Source of the DNA: Thecamonas trahens ATCC 50062
Lineage: Eukaryota; Protista; Apusomonadida
Length of the DNA: 64,000 nucleotides
Direction of reading: 5' to 3'
NCBI RefSeq assembly: GCF_000142905.1
Contig: NW_013657614.1
Coordinates: forward strand, 52,803-116,802
The position numbers were made by a program, and so were the translations under genes. This document shows positions 1-10,401 of this stretch, piece after piece; the stretch's first letter is position 1, and every line of letters starts with the position of its first letter. Under the pieces are notes generated by a model, which was given only the letters and a program-made list of their open reading frames with translations, was not told where the DNA came from and ran no database searches.

Positions 1-1002
1 GAACGCAGCCTCGAGTCTGATTATCTTCATCCAGCGCATGCCTGCTTGGCCCGAAACCATGATGAATGTGAGAAGACGTCGACGAATCGATGTGCCACAC
101 GCAGCAAAGTCAGCGAGCGAAATATCGCCAGTCACACGCCGCCAGTGGATCACCGGTGACTGCTCCACAGGGCCGAGCAGCTGCCGCGACGACCCACCTT
201 TGGCCCGCGCCTTGCGCCCAGTGCCGTCTGCCAGCCCGGGGCTCGACGACGCCGGCCGCAGTGCAAACTCGGGTGCCGATGTGTTGAGCCCGCTCGGCTT
301 GGTGTGCATGCCGACTTCCGAGTGGTATGCCTTGAGCGCGTCCGGCGATGACGTGGCAAGCAGTCCCATGGTGGCCGCCTGTGTCCGCGACGGCCGTGGC
401 CGCCCCGCCGCCACGCCGCTGACCGACGACCCGCTGCCGCCGCGCGACCGCGACCCACCGCTGCCGCCCTGGCCGCGCCGTCCGCGCGACCGCTTCCGCC
501 CGCCGCTGCCGCCGCTGCCGCCGCGCCGTGATGCGCCGCTTGGAGACGCAGACTTGCGAGGCATGATGTCTGACGTCGGGTGAGAATCAAATGCGTCCGG
601 TGCCACCAAGACGCGCGGAAGCTCCGGTCCCGTGTCCGAGTCCGAGGCTGTGCTTGCGTCCAAGTTGGCCGAATGAGGTTGCGCTCTCAAGAGAGGCAGC
701 AACAAGGAGAGTGAAGTCGACGCCTGACGCGAGTTTGCCGCGCCCTGTCCGTACGACGACGAGAGGGAAAAGAAGGAGAAGAAGGAGAGAGTCGAAAGGT
801 ACGCTCTTGTTGACGCCAGGGGTGACGACGGCCGAGCGGGAGACGATGTAGACGACGAAGAGTCAAAGATCGAGTGACCGAGAGCGGTCAGATAGGCCGA
901 CGACTTGGGTACAAAGGTGGCAAAGACGATGCCAAGGACAAAGCTAGATGCGAGCGAGAGAGAAAACAACAGAAACCAGCCAGCAATCAGACTACCTTCC
1001 AT
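1..1002 (-). CDS. Hypothetical protein with N-terminal signal/TM anchor; 5' part only, runs off the window start
   Basis: Hand translation: ATG at 1002, open to base 1 with no stop (absent from the ORF track because it is incomplete). Starts MEGSLIAGWFLLFSLSLASSFVLGIVFATFVPK (hydrophobic), then Ser/Gly/Arg low-complexity sequence. Confidence 0.55.
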   Translation of the reverse strand, partial: MEGSLIAGWFLLFSLSLASSFVLGIVFATFVPKSSAYLTALGHSIFDSSSSTSSPARPSSPLASTRAYLSTLSFFSFFSLSSSYGQGAANSRQASTSLSLLLPLLRAQPHSANLDASTASDSDTGPELPRVLVAPDAFDSHPTSDIMPRKSASPSGASRRGGSGGSGGRKRSRGRRGQGGSGGSRSRGGSGSSVSGVAAGRPRPSRTQAATMGLLATSSPDALKAYHSEVGMHTKPSGLNTSAPEFALRPASSSPGLADGTGRKARAKGGSSRQLLGPVEQSPVIHWRRVTGDISLADFAACGTSIRRRLLTFIMVSGQAGMRWMKIIRLEAAF

Positions 1003-1210
1003 GCACTGATGTCTGCCTCACGGCACACACCGCAAAGGGTTGAAAAAGTGCGCTGCGCACAGAAAGGATGTCCAGACTGCGGCACCCGGTCACAAAGTGG
1101 TGCGTGTCGAGTGGGGCGAGATGAAGAGGTGGAGCGGTGGCGATGTGATTGCACTCACCAGTCGATCAAAGAGTCGTCCGCCGAACCTATGTCCGAGCGA
1201 GAGTTATCAA

Positions 1211-1353
1211 GCAACGGGTCGTCCGTCAGCAACGGGTCGTCCGTCAAGCAGCGAGTCTCCAGCCAGAGCGAGGGAGCGAGAGCTATCGAGCCGAGCAGAG
1301 CCGAGTAGAGCCGAGCAGAGCCAAGTAGAGCAGAGCAGAGCCGAGCAGAGACA
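1211..1353. repeat. Short tandem repeats: 18-mer gcaacgggtcgtccgtca x2 and a degenerate 10-mer gagccgagca array
   Basis: Directly visible at about 1211-1247 and 1288-1353. Confidence 0.8.
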
Positions 1354-1426
1354 AGGCCGAACAAAGCCAAGACCAAGCCCAGGCAAACACAGGAAGAAGC
1401 ACTCACTACTTGTGGTGGTGGTGGTA

Positions 1427-2362
1427 NNNNNNNNNNNNNNNNNNNNNNNNNNNNNNNNNNNNNNNNNNNNNNNNNNNNNNNNNNNNNNNNNNNNNNNNNN
1501 NNNNNNNNNNNNNNNNNNNNNNNNNNNNNNNNNNNNNNNNNNNNNNNNNNNNNNNNNNNNNNNNNNNNNNNNNNNNNNNNNNNNNNNNNNNNNNNNNNNN
1601 NNNNNNNNNNNNNNNNNNNNNNNNNNNNNNNNNNNNNNNNNNNNNNNNNNNNNNNNNNNNNNNNNNNNNNNNNNNNNNNNNNNNNNNNNNNNNNNNNNNN
1701 NNNNNNNNNNNNNNNNNNNNNNNNNNNNNNNNNNNNNNNNNNNNNNNNNNNNNNNNNNNNNNNNNNNNNNNNNNNNNNNNNNNNNNNNNNNNNNNNNNNN
1801 NNNNNNNNNNNNNNNNNNNNNNNNNNNNNNNNNNNNNNNNNNNNNNNNNNNNNNNNNNNNNNNNNNNNNNNNNNNNNNNNNNNNNNNNNNNNNNNNNNNN
1901 NNNNNNNNNNNNNNNNNNNNNNNNNNNNNNNNNNNNNNNNNNNNNNNNNNNNNNNNNNNNNNNNNNNNNNNNNNNNNNNNNNNNNNNNNNNNNNNNNNNN
2001 NNNNNNNNNNNNNNNNNNNNNNNNNNNNNNNNNNNNNNNNNNNNNNNNNNNNNNNNNNNNNNNNNNNNNNNNNNNNNNNNNNNNNNNNNNNNNNNNNNNN
2101 NNNNNNNNNNNNNNNNNNNNNNNNNNNNNNNNNNNNNNNNNNNNNNNNNNNNNNNNNNNNNNNNNNNNNNNNNNNNNNNNNNNNNNNNNNNNNNNNNNNN
2201 NNNNNNNNNNNNNNNNNNNNNNNNNNNNNNNNNNNNNNNNNNNNNNNNNNNNNNNNNNNNNNNNNNNNNNNNNNNNNNNNNNNNNNNNNNNNNNNNNNNN
2301 NNNNNNNNNNNNNNNNNNNNNNNNNNNNNNNNNNNNNNNNNNNNNNNNNNNNNNNNNNNNNN
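1427..2362. other. Assembly gap (N run). Other gaps: 32134-32233, 33232-34002, 45638-45903, 48685-48784, 53708-53807, 56960-57116, 58973-59378
   Basis: Runs of N, most flanked by poly-G/poly-C tracts. Confidence 0.99.
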
Positions 2363-2444
2363 CCACTTTACGTCCATCCCCATACCCCCCCCCCCCCCCC
2401 CCCGGCCCCACACACACACACACACGCACACACACCCTCGTACC

Positions 2445-3236
2445 ATGGCCGACGAGCCCGAGCGCAAGTACACCAAGAAGGAGTTGCTGACGCAGCGCGA
2501 GCTGGTCTTTGCCCTCAAGGAGGAACTGGCGGAAAAGGTGGTCGAGTTTGAAGCGCACTCGGTCGACTACGATGCCGTGTCATCTGGCGTAGCTGGCGTA
2601 GCTGGCTCGGCTGGATCGGCTCCGGCGGCTTGGAGCGAGGAGCAAAAGGCGGCGGCGGTCTCTGCCATCACCGATCTCCGTCACAGGCTCATCACCGAGT
2701 CCAACATGCTCAAGCACATGTTCAAAAATCGCGAGCCGTCGCTGAGGCCGCACTCGAAGCGCTCGCGCTCGCGAACAAGGTCGTCGTCGTCGGCCGCAGC
2801 TGCTGCTATTCGCTCCAGGAGGGCCCACTCGTCGTCTCGCGTCTCGTCGACCTCGTCGTCCGATGCTAACGATGCAGCGGCGGCCATCGCGGCCGTGGCC
2901 GTAGAGGACACCTCCTCGGTCACCCTCTCTACTCTTCCGTCGTACTCCTCGACCACAGCCGCTGGCGGTCCTGCCAACGACTCGATGTACACCTCGTTCG
3001 GCTCGACTTCATCTTTCATGCAGCCGCTCACGCACTCGCGCTCCATGCAGGTCTACACCTGGGGCCCGTACGGCTACTCGCTCACCTCACTTCCGGCGCC
3101 ACTTCATCCCCCTCCTGCCGCCCCTGCCTCCAATCCGGCTCCGTCCGCCGCTCCCGCTGCTTCCGCTGCGCTGTCGCTCGTCCCCGATGACCTCGACGGC
3201 GTCTTCCGCTCCTCGCGCGACATCCTCGCCGCCTGA
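2445..3236 (+). CDS. Hypothetical protein, 263 aa; helical/coiled-coil N-terminus and Ser/Ala/Pro-rich tail
   Basis: accATGg start after a C/CA-rich leader; MADEPERKYTKKELLTQRELVFALKEELAEKVVEFEAH; strong GC3 codon bias. Confidence 0.75.
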   Translation: MADEPERKYTKKELLTQRELVFALKEELAEKVVEFEAHSVDYDAVSSGVAGVAGSAGSAPAAWSEEQKAAAVSAITDLRHRLITESNMLKHMFKNREPSLRPHSKRSRSRTRSSSSAAAAAIRSRRAHSSSRVSSTSSSDANDAAAAIAAVAVEDTSSVTLSTLPSYSSTTAAGGPANDSMYTSFGSTSSFMQPLTHSRSMQVYTWGPYGYSLTSLPAPLHPPPAAPASNPAPSAAPAASAALSLVPDDLDGVFRSSRDILAA

Positions 3237-3364
3237 CCGCGGCGAACCCCTAAGCCTCTACGGTACGGAGTGGACAGTTTTGTCCATCGCGCAAGCCGCG
3301 CTCCGCGATGCTCCGCAGTCGTCGCAACGTCCATGGATTGTTGTAAAAGAGTAGTTCAATGTGT

Positions 3365-3993
3365 TCATGACTGCCACAACAGAAGACAGTAGGTGGTGCA
3401 GAGATGGACGCCGCACGCAGCACAAAAGGTCAGCGGCCGCGATCGTTTACCATAACGCTTCTGGCAGGCGAGGCAGTCGCATCGCAGAGCGGCTCGCTGG
3501 GGAAAGTGGCGATGACAAGCAGCCGTTGCAAAGGGACGCCTCCACTTGCGTGACGGCGCGGAGCTGACGGCATTGGCGCTCACTTCGACTCCAGTGTCGC
3601 ACGGTCGTCTCGGCGAGCAACGACGACGTCGTTGAGTCTGGAGAACGAGAGCACGTTGCCAGGAACCGGCACTCGATCGCGTCCTTCCACGCGACAACAG
3701 CAAGGCCGTCGTCCACGATGCACACAAGGGCGTCGCCGGGACGAGTGTCGGGCGGCAGGCCCCACGTGCGAGCCACGCATCGGCCTCTGCGGGCGGTGCC
3801 AACCACCCGATGCCCGCGCGCCACGAGGGCGCGGGAAGAGCTGCGCGCTCGAGTTGTACGAGTCCATGATAAACATCTACGGCGAGGCCACGGGCGCGAC
3901 GAGAGCGAGCACGGTGTCAGCGAGTCGAGTCGCGGCCGGCCGCATCTCGAACGTGGCCGCCACCACGTATCCGCTTCGAGGATGAAGCTCACT
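3365..3993 (-). mobile_element. Decayed piggyBac-family (PGBD) transposase relic
   Basis: Colinear piggyBac motifs spread over three frames: SGYVVAATFE...VLALVAP, in-frame stop at 3877-3879, FIMDSYNSSAQLF (second catalytic Asp region), frameshift near 3833, ALVARGHRVVGTARRGR, VVAWKDAIECRFLAT, TVRHWSRSER, then the C-terminal Cys-rich domain HFP...CLAC...FCAACGVHLCTTYC. No TIR or TTAA target site found. Confidence 0.8.
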
Positions 3994-6900
3994 TTACTCA
4001 TCGTCTTCGTACGACTCGTACTCGTACTCGTCGTCGCCGTCGCCGGCTGAGGTCACGACTGCCGCTGCCGGCTGCACTGCAATTTGAACCTCGAGGTCGA
4101 CGCCCATGTACACGTCCGAGACCGCAAAGACCGACGCCGTGCTTGCCGCTGACGCCGCCACCGGCACTCTCACCGGCTTGCCCACCGCCGTCGTTTTCTT
4201 GATGCCAAGCACGGCCTTGCCGCTCGCGTCGCCGACCACCACCCACCAGCCGGCTCTGAGGATGGTGCCCGGGAAGAACGGCGCGATGACCGGGCCGTCG
4301 TCGCCGGCCTCGTCGTCGTCGTCGTCTTCCTCGTCGCGCTCGAGAACAACGACGACCTCGTGCGGGCCGCTCGCCTCCGCCTTGAGGTCCAGCGCCGGCA
4401 GCGCGTTGGCCGCAGCCGCCAGCTCGCCCAGCCGCTCACCCTCCAGCTGCAGCGCCTTGAGCCGGTCGTCGTCATCCATCTCCATGAGGTCGTCGACCGA
4501 CGCCACTCCAGCGTTCGACAGCCGCACCACCACCGCGTCATCGACATGCGGTAGCTGGAGTAGCTCCGAGTCGTCGGCCCACACCGCCATCGCCAGCGAC
4601 TTGGCAATGTCCATCGCCGCCAGCGTCGGCGCGAGGAAGCCCGCAGAAGCCATAGCGTCCACAAGCGCAGACACACACCGCCGCGCCGCGGCCACAACCG
4701 CCCGCTGCTCGTTGGCGAGCTGCGGCGGGAGCGCTTGTCGTGAAAAGTGCGCCAGCACCAGCGCCACAGCCTTGCCGTGCGCCGTTTCCAGCCGCGGCAT
4801 GCCCGCCGCCTTGGCCTTGGCCGGCAGCGCCTCCCACAGTGCCCCAAGCGCCTTGCCCTCGCCCCGACGGCTCTTCACCGCAGCCACAACCTCCTCTGCA
4901 CCGCAGAGGACCGAGACCAGCGGCACGAGCGCAAGGTCGCTCCGCGCCGCCGCCGTGAACAAGCCGACCGTCCGCAGCGAGAGGTTGTAGAACGAGGCAA
5001 TTGCGCCCGGATTGGCGAGCACAAGACTCAGCCCGTCGTCGCCCACGCTCACCGCACGTGACTCGACGGCCTCCTCCACCGCGTTCTCCACAGTGTCCGA
5101 GAGGAAGATCGAGATGTCACCGGGCGTCGCGCTCGCCACGTCGTAGTAGTTGGGGTTGAGCGCCACACGCTTGTACAGCAGCGTCCACGTCAGCCAGTCG
5201 ACCGCGTCGGCCTTGGTCGCCAGCGAGCCGACCGCAAGCTCCGCCACTAGCGGCGACGCAAACGCGTCCGCCAGCGCTGACTCGACAGGCAGCGCGTGCG
5301 TGAGAAAGTGCGCGTAGTAGCTGTGCTTTGCCGCAGTCGTCAGCACATGCGCCGCACCCGTGCTACGGCCCACCATCTTGAGCACACTGGTCACTCCGTA
5401 GCTCCCGGTCCCGGCCACCACCACCAGGCCCGCCATCATCCGCCGCGGCAGCGCCGTCACCTGCTCGCCCACAACCACCACGCAGCTCACCAGTCGCCGC
5501 GCGTACAGCTCGTCGACCACAGCACGTGCAGACGCCGCCATGCCCGGGTGCATGAATCCGACACCTGCGCTCAGCGCCACCACCAGGCCGGGCTCCTCCT
5601 CTACACCGCCCGCCGCAAGCAACTTGCTCCGCACCTCGCCTGCAGGCCCCGCCAGCGCCGCCTCGTCCGGCGCATACCCGCCCTCGCGCGCGCTCGCAAG
5701 CGCAACAAGCTCAAGCGCAAGCAGCCGCGCCTGTCGCACACCCGGCACAAAGACCAGGCTCTGTGTGCCGGTTGCGGCCTCGCCTGCGCTCGCCTTGTAC
5801 ACCAGCTTGGACGACGCCCGCTCGTCGAATGCCGTCACCCGTAGCGTCCGCGCCGCCGCTGACATGGCAAAGTTGAACACACGCTCGCGGTCCATGCCCA
5901 GCCACGACCCGATGTCCGACGCATCCGCTGCTGACGCGCCGAGCGCCACAAACCGCAGGCCTGAGTTGAGCTCGGCTGCCATGTACCGCAGCCGTGAGCC
6001 AAGCACCTCCATCGTCGGGCCCACGTCCGGGTCGCCGAGGCAGTGCACGTCGTCAAAGATGACAACACGGAGGCTCGACACCGCCTTGCGCGACCGCCAC
6101 CGCCGCGAAATGCCCTCAAACGCCGCAGGCGTGCCAAGTGTCACGTCCGAGCTCGCCAGCTTCTTCAGATCACTCGTCACCTCGCCGGAGAGCTTGGAGA
6201 CGACTCGGCCGAGCGAGCCGCCGAGCGTCGCCGACCACTCGCGGTAGAGCGCGTCGAGCGCAGACGCGTGCGGAACAACAACCGCCACTTGCGCCGGCGC
6301 GCCGGCAGGCGCCGTCACCAGCGCACGCAGAATGACAAGCTCGCCCACGGTAGTCGCGCCCGCGCCCGGCGGCGCAGCAAACAGAAACGACGCGTCGGTA
6401 TCCCAAGCCGTGGGGAAGACCTGCGACTGAAGCGGCGTGAGACTGTGGATGCCGCGCGCCTCGTACATCGAGACAAAGGCCGGCACCCGGAGCGCCGCCG
6501 TCGCCACCGGCGCAAGATCCAGCACCTCGGTCGGCGCCTCAAACTTGGCTGGCAGCACCAGTCCGGCGAGCGCAATCGGCAGCACCGTGCTCGCCCCAAG
6601 ATACCGGTCAGCCATGACCCGCACAAAGTACTGCGGCGCCGCGGGCTCAAAGACAGGCACAGTAAAGCTGACTTCCAGCTCAGCATCGTCCGCCCGGAGA
6701 ACAATCTCCTCCGAGTGGAGCAGCGCCTCGCCGTCGGCATCCTCTACAAACAGCCAGAACCGCAGTGAGTTGCCGTGGAGCTCGCGGGCAAATCGAAAGT
6801 CGGGCGTGAGGACGAGGTCGATCTTGAGCAGCGAGCGGGTGAGTGGCTGCAGCGCTCCGCTCACTTCGAGTCGCGGGAACGAGTGCACCGCCTTGTACAG

Positions 6901-9900
6901 TGGCTTGCCAGCCTTGGGCACACGCACAAGCTCGCCAAGCTCTTGCGGCGACAAATCGTACAGCCGCTCAAACTCAAAGTCGCGCCGCTCAAGCTTGGCC
7001 ACAAGCTCCGGCTCGACAAGGCCGGGCAGCTGGCGGAGCGGCGAGAACGACCGCCACTGCCGCCGGTCGACTGCCGCGCACAGCTCAAGCAGTGACGCTG
7101 ACAGCCGCGCCCACTTGCGGGTCCGCGCAATCGCGAACAGCGCCCGCATGAGCCGAGCCGCAGACTGGGCAATGTACACCATGTCTGCCGCAAGTGCGTA
7201 GCCCGTCAGCGGCAGCCGCGAGATGTACGCCTGCAGTAGGACGTTGACCTTGGCCAGCGGCTCGTCTGCAGACTCCTTGACCGGCACAGGCACCTTGTCG
7301 AGGAGCTTGACGAGTTCTGGCCGCTCGTCGGCACGGACCGGCATGTACTTGAACTCGGCCGAGCCGGCAAAGACCCGCAGCAGGTCAAGGTCGGAGAGCT
7401 GCGGGTGCAGCGCGCTCGCGTACGCCGCCACTGACGCCGGCGTCACGTAAAAGTGCGCGGCGATCCGCGCCAGCGGCGTCAGCGCCACGCTCCCAGACCG
7501 CGCGTCGTACCGCACCAGACCAAGGTCGTGGAGCTCGCACAGCGCCGAGTGGGCAAGGTCAGTACGGTAGGCCTCAAGGCTTGCGTCGCTCTCGCGCTCA
7601 TTCGGCATGCTCTGCAGCAGCCGCACAAACAGGTAAGTGTAGCCGAGCCACTCGACCGCGTCGTCACGGCAGGTCAGTGAGCCGAGCACAAGCTCGGCGT
7701 TGAGAAGGTCCGGCAGCCGCCGGAGCAGCTGCGACTCGATCGGGAGCTGCGACGAGAGGAGCGAGACATAGTGCGAGAGCTCTGGGTGCGTGGTGATGAC
7801 TACGCCCTCGCCAAACGTGTCGTACGCCGGCCGGCCGGCACGCCCCAGCATCTGGATGATGTCCAGGCCCGAGAGCGGGACAAAGGCTCCGGCAGCAGCA
7901 GAGTACACCGACGTGCCCTTGATGATGACCGCGTGCGCAGGGAGGTTGACACCCCACGCCAGCGTCGCGGTCGCCACCAGTGCCCGCAGGTGGCCGCCGG
8001 CAAACAAGTTCTCCACCAGCGAGCGGTGCTCGCGCGGCATGCCGGCGTGATGAACGCCGACGCCGGCCCGCAGCAGAGACGCAAGCGCCGGCGACGAGCA
8101 TGCCTCGGCCTCGTCCGCAAGAATGACACGTGACGCAGAATCCGGCGGCACAAAGGTTGGGAGGAGGCCGGCGTCCTCAGCCCGGTCGAGAATGTCCTGT
8201 GCCGTGGCAAGCGTGCCTTTGCGGGCATGGACAAAGACCAGGACCTGGTGCCCGGCGCTCACCTGGTCTGCCACCTTGGTGTACACAATCTCGTTCTCGA
8301 GCTTGAGGCGCTGGTGCGGCTTCTTGGCTGAGATGCCCACCAGCGAGAGCTGCAGCGGGCACGGCCGGTACGTCGCGTCAAAGTAAAAGAGGCCCGAGGA
8401 GGCGTCAACCCGCAGAAAGTGCGCCACGTCGCGGTAGTTGGGCAGCGTCGCCGAGAGGCCGACCAGCCGCGTCGGGTTCTGTGTCTCCTCTGCGAGCCGC
8501 AGCGTCCGCGCCACCAGCGCCTCGAGCACAGCGCCGCGCTCATCATGGAGAAGATGGACCTCGTCGATAATGAGGAGCCGGACCATGTCGAGGAGCCGGC
8601 CCTTGCGCGAGAGCACGTCGAGCTTCTCAGGCGTCGCCACAATGACCGACGTTGCCGCCAGCTGCGACGCCGCCAGCGACGAGTCTCCCGACAGCTCGGC
8701 AACAGTGATACCCAGCGGGGCGAGCCGCGCCGAAAATGACTGCACCTGCTCAGCAACAAGCGACTTCATCGGTGAGGTGACCACCACCTTGAACGCCGAC
8801 GTGTCGATGACGCCTGTCGCCGGATTGCGGTACTTGGCAATGGTGTTGAGGATGGTGAGGACGGCAATGTTGGTCTTGCCGGCGCCGGTCGGCGCACAAA
8901 TGAGCAGGTTGCCTCCGGCCGGCGACTCGTTGTTGAACGCCGTCGGGTACACTTTCGACTGGATCCGGTTGAGCGAGGTCATGCCCGGGAAGCACGGCCG
9001 AACCCACTCGGGGAGCGAAGCGATCGGGACAAGCGCGTTGGCGTCAACCTGCGGCGGCGCCGGGGCCGGAATGATGATCTCCTCTGAGTACCGAGACTGA
9101 ATCCGCTTGACTGTCGCCGGTAGCGTCGTCGAAGTTCCGTGGACTTGCGACGACGGCGGCGCCTGCGCCAGCGACGCAAGGTCCAGCCGCCTCGGCTGCC
9201 GCCCGCCTGCGGCCGGAGCCGCTGCCGCCGCCGCCGCCGCCGCTGCCGCCTCGCCGCCTTCAAGCACAAAGTCCGGGTTGGCCTTGGCCAGCAGCGGGTA
9301 CGCCGGCGCAAGGTCCGGCGCAGCCACCATCGCCTTCAACACCTCTTGCCGGGCCGCCGTCGAGTCTGCATCGCAAAGCGCGATGACGTGGGTGACGAGC
9401 CGGGCGTTGGAGACCAGCTTGCGTGTGAGCGCCACGGCGCCCGGCGATCGCCCAATAGCCTGGGAGAGCCGGTTCTCGGCCTCGCGGCTGGAGATTGAGT
9501 CGCTGAGGATGTCGAGGACGTGGTCGACTGTCGCCGCCACTGCGTCCGGGTGCTTGTCCATGGCCTCGGCTACGTCGCGGAGGAGCGAGCCTCGGGTGAT
9601 GGCTGTCGGATCCATCGAGTACGTGAGAGTGCCGCCGGCGACCGGCGCGGGCATTTGCGGCGTGCCGTCGACGACCGCCATCGGTGCCAGTCCAGAGCCG
9701 CCGCTCTCGCCGGCCCCGCCTGCGCCACCGTCGTCCGAGTATGAGTACGAGTACGAGTACCCGCCGTCGTCCGAGTACTCGTCGTCGTCGTCCTGGGCCA
9801 CGACCGCAAGGTCCATGGCGGCCGGCGCCTGCGGGCCGACCGGTGCCGGCTTGGGTGCAGGCATGTGGCGGGAGACAAGGCCCTCGATGGTCGTCAGCGT

Positions 9901-10401
9901 CTCGCCCGGCATGGCCGAGCCAACAATGTCCGCCAGAAGCGCCGGACGGGCGGCCGGTGCGATCTCCTCGTCGTGAAAGACGGCCACAACCTCGTCGGCG
10001 GCGGAAATGAGCACATCATGCGAGACTGGCGGAAAGAGCGGAGCCAGAAGCGCCAGCAGCTGGTCAAAAGCCCGTGACCGAGCTGAACCGGCCGGAGCCG
10101 ACGAGAGCTTGCCCGCGGCAGTAGCGGAGGCGCCGCCGGCTTGAGCAGCAGCAGCTGATGACAATGATGAGCGGCCATGCTGAGCACGACGAGCCTTCTT
10201 CCTCCGCAACTTTGCCAGCTTCTCTTCCACTTCCCGAGGGCGAACCCTCAGAGCTCTATCACCCATCCGCGTGCCGCCCATATGGTCACGGAGTGACTCG
10301 GGAATGCCCGTCGGCTCGTCCGGGTCGCGCCGCCGCCGTGTCGACGAAATAAGTACCACATTCTCATTGCCGCGGTACTCGTAGTTCTTGAACTCAGACA
10401 T
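3994..10401 (-). CDS. BRR2: U5 snRNP 200-kDa RNA helicase (Brr2/SNRNP200), 2135 aa, intronless
   Basis: Conserved N-terminus (YEY..N..VL...DEPTG..ESL...RMGDRA); active cassette APTGAGKT, DEVH, GLSATLPN, QMLGRAGRP; two Sec63 domains; degenerate second cassette (APPGAGATT, DDVH). Confidence 0.97.
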   Translation of the reverse strand: MSEFKNYEYRGNENVVLISSTRRRRDPDEPTGIPESLRDHMGGTRMGDRALRVRPREVEEKLAKLRRKKARRAQHGRSSLSSAAAAQAGGASATAAGKLSSAPAGSARSRAFDQLLALLAPLFPPVSHDVLISAADEVVAVFHDEEIAPAARPALLADIVGSAMPGETLTTIEGLVSRHMPAPKPAPVGPQAPAAMDLAVVAQDDDDEYSDDGGYSYSYSYSDDGGAGGAGESGGSGLAPMAVVDGTPQMPAPVAGGTLTYSMDPTAITRGSLLRDVAEAMDKHPDAVAATVDHVLDILSDSISSREAENRLSQAIGRSPGAVALTRKLVSNARLVTHVIALCDADSTAARQEVLKAMVAAPDLAPAYPLLAKANPDFVLEGGEAAAAAAAAAAAPAAGGRQPRRLDLASLAQAPPSSQVHGTSTTLPATVKRIQSRYSEEIIIPAPAPPQVDANALVPIASLPEWVRPCFPGMTSLNRIQSKVYPTAFNNESPAGGNLLICAPTGAGKTNIAVLTILNTIAKYRNPATGVIDTSAFKVVVTSPMKSLVAEQVQSFSARLAPLGITVAELSGDSSLAASQLAATSVIVATPEKLDVLSRKGRLLDMVRLLIIDEVHLLHDERGAVLEALVARTLRLAEETQNPTRLVGLSATLPNYRDVAHFLRVDASSGLFYFDATYRPCPLQLSLVGISAKKPHQRLKLENEIVYTKVADQVSAGHQVLVFVHARKGTLATAQDILDRAEDAGLLPTFVPPDSASRVILADEAEACSSPALASLLRAGVGVHHAGMPREHRSLVENLFAGGHLRALVATATLAWGVNLPAHAVIIKGTSVYSAAAGAFVPLSGLDIIQMLGRAGRPAYDTFGEGVVITTHPELSHYVSLLSSQLPIESQLLRRLPDLLNAELVLGSLTCRDDAVEWLGYTYLFVRLLQSMPNERESDASLEAYRTDLAHSALCELHDLGLVRYDARSGSVALTPLARIAAHFYVTPASVAAYASALHPQLSDLDLLRVFAGSAEFKYMPVRADERPELVKLLDKVPVPVKESADEPLAKVNVLLQAYISRLPLTGYALAADMVYIAQSAARLMRALFAIARTRKWARLSASLLELCAAVDRRQWRSFSPLRQLPGLVEPELVAKLERRDFEFERLYDLSPQELGELVRVPKAGKPLYKAVHSFPRLEVSGALQPLTRSLLKIDLVLTPDFRFARELHGNSLRFWLFVEDADGEALLHSEEIVLRADDAELEVSFTVPVFEPAAPQYFVRVMADRYLGASTVLPIALAGLVLPAKFEAPTEVLDLAPVATAALRVPAFVSMYEARGIHSLTPLQSQVFPTAWDTDASFLFAAPPGAGATTVGELVILRALVTAPAGAPAQVAVVVPHASALDALYREWSATLGGSLGRVVSKLSGEVTSDLKKLASSDVTLGTPAAFEGISRRWRSRKAVSSLRVVIFDDVHCLGDPDVGPTMEVLGSRLRYMAAELNSGLRFVALGASAADASDIGSWLGMDRERVFNFAMSAAARTLRVTAFDERASSKLVYKASAGEAATGTQSLVFVPGVRQARLLALELVALASAREGGYAPDEAALAGPAGEVRSKLLAAGGVEEEPGLVVALSAGVGFMHPGMAASARAVVDELYARRLVSCVVVVGEQVTALPRRMMAGLVVVAGTGSYGVTSVLKMVGRSTGAAHVLTTAAKHSYYAHFLTHALPVESALADAFASPLVAELAVGSLATKADAVDWLTWTLLYKRVALNPNYYDVASATPGDISIFLSDTVENAVEEAVESRAVSVGDDGLSLVLANPGAIASFYNLSLRTVGLFTAAARSDLALVPLVSVLCGAEEVVAAVKSRRGEGKALGALWEALPAKAKAAGMPRLETAHGKAVALVLAHFSRQALPPQLANEQRAVVAAARRCVSALVDAMASAGFLAPTLAAMDIAKSLAMAVWADDSELLQLPHVDDAVVVRLSNAGVASVDDLMEMDDDDRLKALQLEGERLGELAAAANALPALDLKAEASGPHEVVVVLERDEEDDDDDEAGDDGPVIAPFFPGTILRAGWWVVVGDASGKAVLGIKKTTAVGKPVRVPVAASAASTASVFAVSDVYMGVDLEVQIAVQPAAAVVTSAGDGDDEYEYESYEDDE

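Noticed and set aside
1040-2558. ORFs spanning N-runs (also at 32.9-34.5, 56.5-57.2 and 58.7-59.5 kb)
   Set aside because: They are open only because N codons are not stops.
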